Shown here piece after piece: positions 8,921-18,223 of a DNA stretch of 64,000 nt. The stretch covers positions 624,503-688,502 of the forward strand of contig OY762429.1 in the NCBI GenBank assembly GCA_963665655.1, read 5' to 3'. The DNA comes from Terriglobia bacterium (GTDB lineage: Bacteria > Acidobacteriota > Terriglobia > Versatilivoradales > Versatilivoraceae). Every line of letters begins with the position of its first letter. Position 1 is the stretch's first letter. Both the position numbers and the translations under genes were made by a program. The notes beneath the pieces are model-generated. The model was given only the letters and a program-made list of their open reading frames with translations. It had not been told where the DNA came from and made no database searches.

Positions 8921-10915
8921 TCATTCGGCGGATACCGTCGAGACCGGCTGCCAGGCATAGGTGGATCCGGTTCGCTGCCCGACGAACAGGTCTCCGGTCT
9001 TTTCACCGCCCTTCCGGTTCACCAGTTCGATGCACCAGGTGGGCTCTTCCGCCGACACCCCGTTCCCCACCTGCATGGAGGCCGGACGCACGGCGTTGCC
9101 CAAATGGGTTCGAATGTAGTGGTAGGCGATCTCCTGGGCTTCCTCCCGAGTCACCTCCAGCGACAGCGGCTCGCCTCCTACGATCTCCTTGACCCGGTTC
9201 ACGATGAAGGCCGGCTCGAATGGCTCCCCGTCATACTTCAGGACCATGTCATCCAGGGAGAAGCCGGTCTCGGACCTCAAGTGCTTGGCGAACTGCCCCG
9301 TGTAGTTCACCTCCACGCCTATGGTCTTCCTGCATCCATTCAGGATTTCCAGGGCCTCCTTGGCGTGAAACGGCAGCAGGTACTTGAAATGGAGCTGATT
9401 GGCGGCAATGCCTTCCGATCTCAGGATCTCGGCGGCCTCCCGGATCACGCCCCTGCAGGACCCCCAGCCGACCAGGGTGACGTCCGCATCCTCCGGACCC
9501 TCGATTTGCGGAGGCGGCAGCTCCTTCAGGGCTCCTTCCAGCTTCCTCATGCGCTTTTCCTGCACCTTGCGCCGCACCGGTGGACTGGTGTACTCGTCGC
9601 TGATCAGAATCCCTTCCTCGTCGTGGTCATCGGTGGGAGAAACGTAGACCGTGTTCTTGGTCCCGGGCAGGGCTCGGGGGGATATTCCCGACTCGGTGAA
9701 AGCGTAGCGCTTGTAGGTGCCGTTGCCTTCCGGCCACTCGGTCACCAGTTGGCCCCGGTCGATCACCAGATCGGGCTTGAGCGCATCCCTCTCGATGGTC
9801 TCGGGATGTTCCGAGAGCAGCAGATCGGAGAGAATGATCACCGGGAGCTGGTACTTGTCCGCCAGGTTCAGGGCCTCGGCGGCGGTATAGTAGGCTTCGG
9901 TCACGTCCGCCGGAGCCATGATGATGCGGGGGAAATCCCCTTGGGAAGCCCCCAGCGCCTGGTTCAGATCGGCCTGTTCGGTCTTGGTGGGAATCCCGGT
10001 CGAAGGACCGCCGCGCTGGACCGTGATGAACACGACCGGCGCTTCGATCATGCCGGCCTGACCCACGGCCTCGGTCATCAGGGCAAACCCGCCGCCCGAG
10101 GTGGCGCACATGGAGCGGGCCCCGGCCAGGCCGGCGCCGACAGCCATGTTGGCGACCGCAATTTCGTCCTCGCACTGCTTGACCACGATCCCGCAGCGGT
10201 CGGCATGAGCCACCATCCAGTGCAGGATGGTGGAAGCGGGCGTCATGGGGTAGGCGGAATAGAACTTGCAGCCGGCGGCGACCGCACCCAGGGCCATGGC
10301 TTCGTTTCCGGTGATGAAGGGTCTGCGGATGCGGCTGAAGTTCCATTCATACCCCAGGGGCACGAATTTTTCCTTGGCGTAGTTGTATCCCGCCTTGGCC
10401 ACCTGGACGTTCTGGTTGACCACTTCCCGGCCCTTGTGCTGGAAGGTGTCGGCCAGGACTTCGGCCATCATCTCGAAATCCAGTCCCAGCAGGAAGATGG
10501 CCGCGCCCAGAGATACCGTGTTCTGCATGACGGGAAGCGTTTTCCCCAGCGGCTTCAGCAACTCCCGCACGGGCATCGGCACCGGCAGGACCTGACTCTC
10601 GAAAAGCGAGGAGTCCAGGGTCAGCTTGTCGGAATTGAACAGGACAGCTCCGCCGGGCTCCACTTCTCGGGCATGCCTTTCCAGGGTGTCCTGATTGAGA
10701 GCGATCAGCAGATTCAGGTGGTCTCCGTGAGAGTAGACCTTTTCCTCACCCATCCTCACGCGCAACCAGATGTGGCCCCCGCGGATGATGGACTGGTAAC
10801 TGTTGTAGGCATAGAGATACAGCCCCAAGCGGGAGGCGGTCTTGGCGAAGGTGTCGCCGGTCTTGTCCAGCCCGTCGCCGGCGGCTCCTCCTATTCCCAA
10901 GGTCACTTCTTTCAT
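8921..10915 (-). CDS. korA: 2-oxoacid:ferredoxin oxidoreductase, alpha subunit with the gamma domain fused at the N-terminus (two-subunit OFOR type).
   Basis: 664 aa. The N-terminal gamma-like GIGGAAGDG is followed by the alpha domain. Sits directly upstream of korB. Confidence 0.9.
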   Translation of the reverse strand: MKEVTLGIGGAAGDGLDKTGDTFAKTASRLGLYLYAYNSYQSIIRGGHIWLRVRMGEEKVYSHGDHLNLLIALNQDTLERHAREVEPGGAVLFNSDKLTLDSSLFESQVLPVPMPVRELLKPLGKTLPVMQNTVSLGAAIFLLGLDFEMMAEVLADTFQHKGREVVNQNVQVAKAGYNYAKEKFVPLGYEWNFSRIRRPFITGNEAMALGAVAAGCKFYSAYPMTPASTILHWMVAHADRCGIVVKQCEDEIAVANMAVGAGLAGARSMCATSGGGFALMTEAVGQAGMIEAPVVFITVQRGGPSTGIPTKTEQADLNQALGASQGDFPRIIMAPADVTEAYYTAAEALNLADKYQLPVIILSDLLLSEHPETIERDALKPDLVIDRGQLVTEWPEGNGTYKRYAFTESGISPRALPGTKNTVYVSPTDDHDEEGILISDEYTSPPVRRKVQEKRMRKLEGALKELPPPQIEGPEDADVTLVGWGSCRGVIREAAEILRSEGIAANQLHFKYLLPFHAKEALEILNGCRKTIGVEVNYTGQFAKHLRSETGFSLDDMVLKYDGEPFEPAFIVNRVKEIVGGEPLSLEVTREEAQEIAYHYIRTHLGNAVRPASMQVGNGVSAEEPTWCIELVNRKGGEKTGDLFVGQRTGSTYAWQPVSTVSAE

Positions 10916-11229
10916 GATTCTCCTTTCAAAGCCTGCAACCGGCCGTGCCCGTCACCATGGCGCCGGACCCTCCTGTCCCCGGAGGGCTTCCCAGGCGTCC
11001 ATGGCTTTCCAAAGGAAGACTCCTCGAGCCGTCCACGAGCCGGAAATTCCCACTGCGAAATGTCAGAGTATTCTGAATTAAATATCGTGTGTTCCGGTAA
11101 TGCCGTCGAACCGGGCGGCCTTGCTGTTCCCGAATGATTGCCGGAGCGCCGCCGGCGAAATGAGTTGCCGGGCCATCAAACGCGCTACCCGCGCCGTGTA
11201 TCAGAATATCAGAGATGCCCGTCACGTCG

Positions 11230-11841
11230 CTAACAATAAATCAGCGTCTTCCTCAATCGGTGCGCCGACTCGGCCAGCGAGGGTTGCAGGTATGCCACCG
11301 GCTCCCCCTTCCGGCTGCGCGAAAGCGGACCCTCGGACCCGGGTTCGACCCGCACGGCCACGAACACCGGACCGGGTTCCCGGAGAATCGCGGGGAGGCT
11401 CCGGGCATAGAGCGCCGGATCATCGAAAGCGTAGGCCCTGCCAAACCCCGCCGCCCGGGCCATCCCGGCGAAGTCCATCCGGCCGGCGCCTGCAATGGCT
11501 TGATTTCCGGTAATTTCGTAGGTCCGATTCTCGACCGTGAAGAGGATCAGGTTGGGAGCTCCCGCCTCCACCACCGTCGCCAGGGAACCCAGAGTCATCA
11601 GGAGGCTGCCGTCACCGTTCAGGCAGATGACCCTGCGTTGGGGCTGGGCCAGGGCAATGCCCAGGGCCAGATCGGCAACGTGGCCCATGGCGCTGTCCGC
11701 CGAGGCGAAGTCCAACGGACTGTCCGAGAACCTGGACCAGGGCCGCACCACGCCCATGGTGGTCACCACCACCTCGTCCGTTCTCAGCGACGCCAGGGGT
11801 TGCAGCAATTCCTGCTTGGTCAACACGATCAGGCTCCGCAA
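11230..11841 (-). CDS. TPP-dependent decarboxylase, beta (C-terminal, TPP-binding) subunit, in the family of sulfopyruvate decarboxylase ComE and split phosphonopyruvate decarboxylase.
   Basis: ICLNGDGSLLM..., ~200 aa, no N-terminal pyrimidine-binding (PYR) domain. 13-bp overlap with the upstream gene. Confidence 0.75.
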   Translation of the reverse strand: MRSLIVLTKQELLQPLASLRTDEVVVTTMGVVRPWSRFSDSPLDFASADSAMGHVADLALGIALAQPQRRVICLNGDGSLLMTLGSLATVVEAGAPNLILFTVENRTYEITGNQAIAGAGRMDFAGMARAAGFGRAYAFDDPALYARSLPAILREPGPVFVAVRVEPGSEGPLSRSRKGEPVAYLQPSLAESAHRLRKTLIYC

Positions 11842-13061
11842 AAACAGGATTTGGCGGAGGGCTGGTACTCCAGCGTCAGTTCCGGAGTCTCCAGAGTGAG
11901 GCCTCCCTTGTTTTTGGATTCCACCCAGCGATCCAGAATGCCGGCGGCAATCCAGGCCCGTTCCGGTCGAACCGGACTTCGCGTGGATTGAATCAGGTCC
12001 TCGATCCGGGCGGCCAGGCAGGCCGAGCCGGCACGGTTGGGTTCAGGGGGAAGAAGGAACTGGGTCGATGCCACCCCGGAAACGTCGCGCAGACGGGCCG
12101 CAAAGGTGAAGTCCCCCACGGCTCCGTTGAGCATCAGCACCGCAGCCCTCACCCCGTCGGCATAGTCCACCAGGCAGGCTTCCGGGTGTTCGACCAGCCG
12201 GGGCAATTCCCCGCTGTTGACCAGGTCCCGGGGACGCCCGTCCTTCAAGGTCTCTCCCTGCAGGGAGTCGGAACGGGCCACGGCTGCTTGCAGCAGTTCC
12301 CGGGACCAACGACCGCTGCTGCCGGAGCGCCACACGGCTTGGCCACCCACCCATTGCACCGAACGTACTCCCGTTTCGCCGCCCCTGCGCCGCTCCACCA
12401 TGGCCTGCAGGGTTTCCAGGGCCCGGTAGCGATCGGAGCGCCCGAAGCCGATGCCAACCATCAGGGCCTGCTCCACCCGGCAGCCTGCCGGCAACTCCAG
12501 AGGCGGCAGCCTCCAGGTCATCGGCAGGGAGGATCCGGCCAGCACCGGGAACCCCAGTCGCCGGGAGGTCTCCACCATCTTGCGGGCCTGAGCCAGTCCG
12601 AGCGGTTCATCCCAATAGACCGGAACGGCCCGGCGGTCCTCCTCGAAGACCTTGAGCATCGGCTCGAGCAAGTCGGAGCCTGAAGGACCGCTGCCCGAAT
12701 CCTCTCCCTGGCCGGCGAGCATCAGCACCCCGTCCACGGCCAGCCGGTCCCCGCCGCAACGCAGGGTTTGGGCGACGGAAGGATAGATCCTGAAGCCGAA
12801 CTCGGCGGCGCGTTCCCGGCTCTGGTCCGCTTCAGGCGTGCGGTCCACATGGAGAGAGACCACATCCATGGCGGGCTGGTGCCACTTGCCCTCGCGCGGA
12901 TAGCCGATCAGGAAGCGGTCTGCGACCTGGCGGGCCGGCGAGCCGGGGGTCCAGCGGGAAGCCAGGATGGCCAACCTCATGGCGCCTGGCCGGGTTCGGA
13001 ACGGCAAACCGGCCACCGGGACAGCCGAGGCGGAATTCAGGAAGGTGCGCCTGCCCGTCAC
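11829..13061 (-). CDS. Tat-signal secreted protein of unknown family, paralog B of the next gene. Predicted to start at the GTG at 13059-13061 (TGRRTFLNSASAVPVAGL twin-arginine motif).
   Basis: Shares blocks with paralog A (PAMDVVSL, LAVDGVL, AGSSLPxxWRLPPLE.P, MVERRRGGETGV, EYADG). The GTGA stop/start overlap with paralog A was located by hand. Confidence 0.6.
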   Translation of the reverse strand: MTGRRTFLNSASAVPVAGLPFRTRPGAMRLAILASRWTPGSPARQVADRFLIGYPREGKWHQPAMDVVSLHVDRTPEADQSRERAAEFGFRIYPSVAQTLRCGGDRLAVDGVLMLAGQGEDSGSGPSGSDLLEPMLKVFEEDRRAVPVYWDEPLGLAQARKMVETSRRLGFPVLAGSSLPMTWRLPPLELPAGCRVEQALMVGIGFGRSDRYRALETLQAMVERRRGGETGVRSVQWVGGQAVWRSGSSGRWSRELLQAAVARSDSLQGETLKDGRPRDLVNSGELPRLVEHPEACLVDYADGVRAAVLMLNGAVGDFTFAARLRDVSGVASTQFLLPPEPNRAGSACLAARIEDLIQSTRSPVRPERAWIAAGILDRWVESKNKGGLTLETPELTLEYQPSAKSCFCGA

Positions 13062-14398
13062 GAGTGTCTCCGATAGGTGGGTTCGGGAGTGGGTCGATAG
13101 CGAACCGACAGGTGGGGCGTTTCGACTCGATGCTGGCCCCGCCACAGGGAATCCACGCCGGCCTCGGTCATTCCGCTGGTCAGCAGGGTCCGCTCCACCG
13201 GGTAGGTTGCCCTGCCGGTCAGAAACATCTTCTCGACGCCGTTCACCAGCGGGCTGAAGAAGTTGGCTTCGGCGCCCCCGCCCAACCCGCGCACCGGAAG
13301 GTAAAAGTGTGTTGAAACCAGTCGTTGCGGGTTTTTCAGACGGGCCGCAAAGGTCCAACCCATGGAGAGGCCTTCCAAAAGGAGCAGCGTGGCCTGCATC
13401 CCGTCGGCATATTCGCAGCGGAAGGCCAGAGGCTGATCCAGTTGAGGGCCGGAGTCGGTGACCCGGTCCTTGACCAGCCCGGGTATTTCCTCCAGGGACG
13501 GGTAGCTGTGGTCGAAGCCCTCCCGGGTCGAGGTCAGGGCCAGGCTGCGGCACAGGCAGGCCTCGAAGAGCTCGGGGGCCCAGCCTCCCCGGTCCCAGGA
13601 TCCCGCCCGCAGCGCCTCCCACACCTTGGGGCCGCGGACCGCTTGCAGCGCCGCCACACCGGTTTCACCTCCCCGCCGCCGCTCGACCATGCACTGCATC
13701 GCCTCGAATCCGTGAAAGCCGTAGCTGTCGGCCCCGCCGCCGGCGCCGATCACCATGGCCTCTTCCACCTCGGCGTCCGAGGGAATCTCCAACGGGGGAA
13801 GGCGCCAGGCCACGGGAATGCTGGAACCGGCCATCAAGGCAAAGTCCAGCTCCCTGGCCGTTTCCACCATCTCCTCGGCCCATTCCCATTTCCAGGAAAG
13901 ATGCTTGTCGTTGAACACCGGCGCGCCCCGGCCGCTTGCCCGGAAGACTTCCACGATCTGCCGGAAGAACTCGTAGCGCGGATACAGGGTCTGCCCCTTC
14001 TCGTTCCGGGGGTAGCTCCCGTGCTCTCCGATCAGCAGGACCCCGTCCACCGCCAGTCTGTCTCCACCCCGCGTCAAGGCTTCGGCGATGGTGGGATAGA
14101 TCTTCATGGAGGGATATTGGCGGGCCCGATCGCGGCTGAGATCGCTCTCCCGGACCTGTTCCACGTAGAGCGACACCACATCCATGGGGGGGCGGTGAAA
14201 TCGCCCGCCCCAGTTGTAGCCGCCCAGGAAGCGGTCCACGATATGCTGGCCGTGGGCCCGGCGGCGGTATTCGGTGACCAGGGCGGCGATCTTGGGGCGT
14301 TCGGGCTGCCCGGCGCGGCAGCCCGTGAGCAGCAGCGCCGCGGGAATCCCCGCCATCACCGTTCTGCGGGAAATCATTGGAAGCCGGGAAGAGGTCAT
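13058..14398 (-). CDS. Tat-signal (SRRTVMAGIPAALLLTGC, possible lipoprotein) secreted protein of unknown family, paralog A.
   Basis: 446-aa ORF. ATGA overlap with the upstream MBL gene. No recognisable named domain. Confidence 0.65.
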   Translation of the reverse strand: MTSSRLPMISRRTVMAGIPAALLLTGCRAGQPERPKIAALVTEYRRRAHGQHIVDRFLGGYNWGGRFHRPPMDVVSLYVEQVRESDLSRDRARQYPSMKIYPTIAEALTRGGDRLAVDGVLLIGEHGSYPRNEKGQTLYPRYEFFRQIVEVFRASGRGAPVFNDKHLSWKWEWAEEMVETARELDFALMAGSSIPVAWRLPPLEIPSDAEVEEAMVIGAGGGADSYGFHGFEAMQCMVERRRGGETGVAALQAVRGPKVWEALRAGSWDRGGWAPELFEACLCRSLALTSTREGFDHSYPSLEEIPGLVKDRVTDSGPQLDQPLAFRCEYADGMQATLLLLEGLSMGWTFAARLKNPQRLVSTHFYLPVRGLGGGAEANFFSPLVNGVEKMFLTGRATYPVERTLLTSGMTEAGVDSLWRGQHRVETPHLSVRYRPTPEPTYRRHS

Positions 14399-15366
14399 GG
14401 TCCGCCCAGAATTTCTCCGTGCGGCTTGCCCTCGGCGAGTTCCGCGTACCGCACCCGCACCTGTTCCGCAAACCGATTGCCGACCCAGTTGCCGACGTCG
14501 TCCGACAATTCCACGGTCGTGGCCACGCCGGCTCCGTCCTCCACCGTCACCAGGTCTTCCAAGGGCGTCTTGTCCTCAAAGGCCTTCTCCACGGCGGCGT
14601 TGATTTCCTGGAGGAACTGCCGCTGCCCTTCGGCAACCTCTCGCCCTCCCGAGGGGCCGTGGCCCGGCAGGATGGTTTCGAAGTCCAGCTCCAGGGCCTC
14701 GCTGACCACATTCGGCCAGTTGCCCGTGTTGCCGTCGCCGGTGTAGTTGAAGGGCCCGTTCACGATCGCGTCGCCCGTGCACAGGATCTTTTCGTCCGGC
14801 AGATAGACCATGCCGTCCCCGCGCGTGTGGGCCCATCCGAAGTGATGAAACTCCACCCGCCGGCCGGCTCCTTCCAGCACGTGCGGAACCCGGCTGAATG
14901 TCTCTTGCGGGGGTTGCACCGTATCCTCGCCCACGGCAGCCACATCCTCGCGGTTCCGCGCGGCTTGTTGCCAGCGGGCAGGCTCGTAGCGCTTCATCTC
15001 TTCGGCCACGCCGACATGTGCCAGCGTGGTGGCGCCGGCCCGGGTCCAGACCGCGTTGGCATAGGCATGGTCCCCGTGATGGTGGGTGCCGAACACGTAG
15101 CTGACCGGCTTGGTGGTGACCTGCCTGATATCCGCCATGAGCGCCCGGGCGCCGCTTGGGAAGTTGGCATCCACGACCAGCAGACCTTCTCCGATGTCGA
15201 TGACCACGTTGTTGCAGTGTCCGTGCTCTCGCTCGCCCATCCGGAACCAGACCCCGTCCGTAATCAGCTTGAGGGTGTCGGTCTCGGAAGGAAGCGGCGG
15301 ATCGGAGGCACAGTTCCAGGCCACGCAAAGGCCGATCGCGGTGACGGCTATGAGGACGATTCGCAT
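14395..15366 (-). CDS. MBL-fold metallo-hydrolase with a signal peptide.
   Basis: THHHGDHAYANAVW (HxHxDH) motif. 323 aa. Confidence 0.8.
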   Translation of the reverse strand: MRIVLIAVTAIGLCVAWNCASDPPLPSETDTLKLITDGVWFRMGEREHGHCNNVVIDIGEGLLVVDANFPSGARALMADIRQVTTKPVSYVFGTHHHGDHAYANAVWTRAGATTLAHVGVAEEMKRYEPARWQQAARNREDVAAVGEDTVQPPQETFSRVPHVLEGAGRRVEFHHFGWAHTRGDGMVYLPDEKILCTGDAIVNGPFNYTGDGNTGNWPNVVSEALELDFETILPGHGPSGGREVAEGQRQFLQEINAAVEKAFEDKTPLEDLVTVEDGAGVATTVELSDDVGNWVGNRFAEQVRVRYAELAEGKPHGEILGGP

Positions 15367-15447
15367 GGATCAGTCTCCCTCCGACAGTCTCGTCGTGGTT
15401 CCAAGTGGCACCGATTGTACGCCCTGAGTACCGCAGGTACAAGGATA

Positions 15448-15631
15448 GTGGAGAGTGGAGAGTGGAGAGTGATTAGTGGCTAGTTCTTGATCGACGCGTA
15501 AAGCATCTTGTTGGTCTCGGCAAAATCTTTCAAAGAGCCCACCCAAGTCATCAGGCGCTTGCCTGCTCCAGGAACCCTTGGCTGACAACTCTTCACTCTC
15601 CACTCTTCACTCTCCACTCTCCACTCTCCAC
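15448..15631. repeat. Inverted heptamer microsatellites. (GTGGAGA)3 lies at 15448-15471 and (CACTCTY)5-6 at 15588-15631. They are separated by ~115 bp and could form a long imperfect stem.
   Basis: Direct reading of the sequence. Confidence 0.65.
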
Positions 15632-15698
15632 TTGAACCGTTCAGCCCCCGGGGTATCCGTTCCGCCCAATCGATCCTCGCATTGACCGTCCCCCACTC

Positions 15699-15985
15699 TC
15701 AGGCCACCCAGATGTCCCGGCTGATGATCGACTCCGGTGTCAGAATCTCAGGGCCGGTTTCCTTCACCAGCACCACGTCCTCCAGTCCGTACTTGTTGCT
15801 CACCTCCCAGAGGGGATACCCCCCCGGTGGTAGAAGAAGGGCTCGATGCATAGCAGCAGGCCGTCAACACCGGACCGCTCCATCTCTTCCTGGAGCCGTC
15901 CCAGGCGCCGCTCGAACTCCCGCCGGCTGCAGTCGGCGAAAAATCCGCTTCGTTTCTGGGGGGTGATCTTCGGGCTGTCCGGCAT
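15699..15985 (-). pseudogene. M24 (Xaa-Pro aminopeptidase / creatinase-fold) peptidase remnant. The N-terminal ~45 aa (RRLGRLQEEMERSGVDGLLLCIEPFFYH) is joined out of frame to the C-terminal ~40 aa (GLEDVVLVKETGPEILT). The whole catalytic core is deleted.
   Basis: Hand translation of the two minus-strand frames. Confidence 0.45.
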
Positions 15986-16056
15986 GGATTCTCCCGGGCA
16001 ACAGGATGCAAGGGAGATCGTTGGATGGATTGGGACCGCCTGGGGCGGTCTCAATC

Positions 16057-16590
16057 TCAGGTCATGTCCCGGGTTACCAGCAGGGCGACCGGAGTCGACA
16101 AACGATGGGCCTTCTCGACCCAGGCGTTGACCTTGGGAACGTCCTCATCGCCATGGAGGTAATCGAAGGGCAACCCCCAGGCCTGCAAGGTGGGCTCGGT
16201 GAGCAGCGCCGCCGAGTCCAGGTCGGGACGGCTCAGCAGTAGCGGGTCGGGTTCGCCGGAGCGGTGCCTGACGCGTTCCAGCTTGGCATAGCCCCGAAAG
16301 GTGATCAGACAGAGAAGGGGGATCCTCATCCGCAGGACCGTGCCGCGAAAGCTGTCCCCGCTCTCGAGCAAGCCGGTGTTCTGAATCAGGACGGCCGGGG
16401 CCCGGCCTCCCATCCAAAGCCCGGCTGCCATGGCGAAAGCCTCCCCTTCACGGGTGACCAGGCGGATAACGGGCTCTCCGCCCTCCTTCAGAAGGGAGAA
16501 CAGGGCCGCCGAGCTGTTGTCGGGCAATCCCACCAGGTCGGTGACTCCCGCCCTGCAGAGCGCCCCGACAATGGACCGGGCCTTGGCCAT
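16057..16590 (-). CDS. TPP-dependent decarboxylase, alpha (N-terminal, pyrimidine-binding) subunit, in the family of sulfopyruvate decarboxylase ComD and split phosphonopyruvate decarboxylase.
   Basis: 177 aa with a PYR-domain pattern (TDLVGLPDNSSAALF..., EGEAFAMAAGLW). Sits 4 bp downstream of the PQQ-propeller gene. Confidence 0.75.
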   Translation of the reverse strand: MAKARSIVGALCRAGVTDLVGLPDNSSAALFSLLKEGGEPVIRLVTREGEAFAMAAGLWMGGRAPAVLIQNTGLLESGDSFRGTVLRMRIPLLCLITFRGYAKLERVRHRSGEPDPLLLSRPDLDSAALLTEPTLQAWGLPFDYLHGDEDVPKVNAWVEKAHRLSTPVALLVTRDMT

Positions 16591-16594
16591 GACG

Positions 16595-17929
16595 CTATCT
16601 CAAAGCCAGGTCGAAGCAAGCCATTTCCTGGGAATTTCGAACCAGCAGCAACCCTTCGGAGATGGCCGGGTGATTCCAGGTCCTGCCCCGAATCGCGGAG
16701 AAGCGGGCCAGCTCCTGCTGCCGCTCGGGGTCGGCCTCGACCAGCACCAGTTCGCCCGACTCGGTCAGGACGATCAGGTGATCTCCAGCCAGCAGAAGCT
16801 GTCCATGCCCGTAGCGGCCCCCCTTCCACCTGAGTTCGCCGGTCTCGGCCCGGATGCAGGCCAGGATGCCTTCGTCCAGCCCGTAGATAAACCCGTCCTT
16901 CAGCACCGAGCAGGTGAACTTGTTCTTCATGCGGCGATTCTGCCACAAGGCGCTGGCCGCAAGACCTCCGGAAGTCCGTTGCACCTGCACCACCGCCGCG
17001 CCGTGGCCGTAGCCCGCCGAGATGAAGACCCGATCCTGTCCCAACAGGATCGGTTGGGCGACGTTGACGTCATAGTCGGTGATCCAGGGAAAATCCCAGA
17101 GGAGAGACCCATCCTCGCCCGAGAGCCCCATCATCCGCCTGGCGCTCACAATCAGAAGCTGGGGTTGTCCGGCCAGGGTCACCCACATGGGCGAGGTGTA
17201 GGCCTGCTTGTCACTCAGCGATTTCCACAAGGCATTCCCCGTCTCCTTGTGGTAGGCCGCCACCGATCTGCCGCGGGAACCTCCCGGCAGGACAATGACC
17301 TTCTCACCCACGATCAGGGGCGAAGCCGACATGCCCCAGGTCAGGTTCCTGGCCCGACTGTCCCGCAGAATGTTTCGAGACCAGACCAGGTGCCCCTCGG
17401 AGGCATCCAGGCAGTGCAGCTCTCCGGTGGCTCCCAGCGCGTAGAGTCGGCCCTGGTGCCAGGTGGGAGTGGCCCGGGGCCCGTCCCCACCCAGGGACTC
17501 GTCGAAGAAGGCCTCCCAGGCATGGGTCCAGATCTCATCTCCCGTCCGTAACTCGTAAGCCGCCACCACTTCCCGGGCGCCGCGCTGCTCGATGGTGAAG
17601 GCCCGCCCCTCGGCCAGAACAAAGGAGGCATACCCCCCGCCGACGGTTCGGCGCCAGAGGGGTTTCAGCCCCTGCTCGGGCCAACGGGTGAGGATGGGGG
17701 CTCCCCGATATTGGCCGTCGCGCCTCGGCCCCCTGAAATCGGTCCATTCCTCGGCTGTCGAGGGGGCCGCCGATGCGGTCCCCGCAATGCCGGCAATGGC
17801 AGGAGGCAGAGCAGCCCCCGATGGCCTGGTCTCACTCTCCTTCCAAAACGGGATCAATGCCAAGGGAGCCAGCGCCCCACATGCCAGACCCCGCATCAGG
17901 CTCGAACGCATCCAGGCTTTCAGGATCAT
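16595..17929 (-). CDS. PQQ-like beta-propeller repeat protein (BamB-like) with a signal peptide.
   Basis: Repeated W-propeller blades. 444 aa. Confidence 0.75.
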   Translation of the reverse strand: MILKAWMRSSLMRGLACGALAPLALIPFWKESETRPSGAALPPAIAGIAGTASAAPSTAEEWTDFRGPRRDGQYRGAPILTRWPEQGLKPLWRRTVGGGYASFVLAEGRAFTIEQRGAREVVAAYELRTGDEIWTHAWEAFFDESLGGDGPRATPTWHQGRLYALGATGELHCLDASEGHLVWSRNILRDSRARNLTWGMSASPLIVGEKVIVLPGGSRGRSVAAYHKETGNALWKSLSDKQAYTSPMWVTLAGQPQLLIVSARRMMGLSGEDGSLLWDFPWITDYDVNVAQPILLGQDRVFISAGYGHGAAVVQVQRTSGGLAASALWQNRRMKNKFTCSVLKDGFIYGLDEGILACIRAETGELRWKGGRYGHGQLLLAGDHLIVLTESGELVLVEADPERQQELARFSAIRGRTWNHPAISEGLLLVRNSQEMACFDLALR

Positions 17930-18008
17930 GTCGCCTCCTCAGCCCGGGGCCGCTGGCCCCAGGTTGCCCTGAAGATATCCCAGAGTCTCGGTCAGGCCAA
18001 CCGGAAAA

Positions 18009-18022
18009 AATCCTGTGCATCC
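18009..18022 (+). promoter_or_regulatory. Copy 1 of the 14-mer AATCCTGTGCATCC. It lies within the longer motif AAAAAATCCTGTGCATCCTGCGCATCCATGTTAAAAAA, about 200 bp upstream of the 18224 gene.
   Basis: Exact 14-mer, found three times in the window. Confidence 0.4.
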
Positions 18023-18223
18023 TGCGCATCCATGTTAAAAAACCATCTACACCATGCTTGACTTTGAACCGGTTTCCAGCTTCCAGGCGCAGGCGTTTGT
18101 TTCAGGTAAGCGGCGCCCCTGCCCTGCCGGGCGGATCCTGCGAGAAAGAAACAGGGAAGGCGTCAGCATCGGCATCCATTATTTTCAACAGGTTGCACAA
18201 TCTGTTTCAAATCGGGCCCGATC

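Noticed and set aside
8912-11137. 741-aa plus-strand ORF
   Set aside because: It is antisense to korA, which is unambiguously identified.
11829-13622. The supplied 597-aa version of paralog B
   Set aside because: The 5' ~560 nt overlap paralog A out of frame and encode G/P/R-rich text. The credible start is the GTG at 13061, giving a Tat signal.
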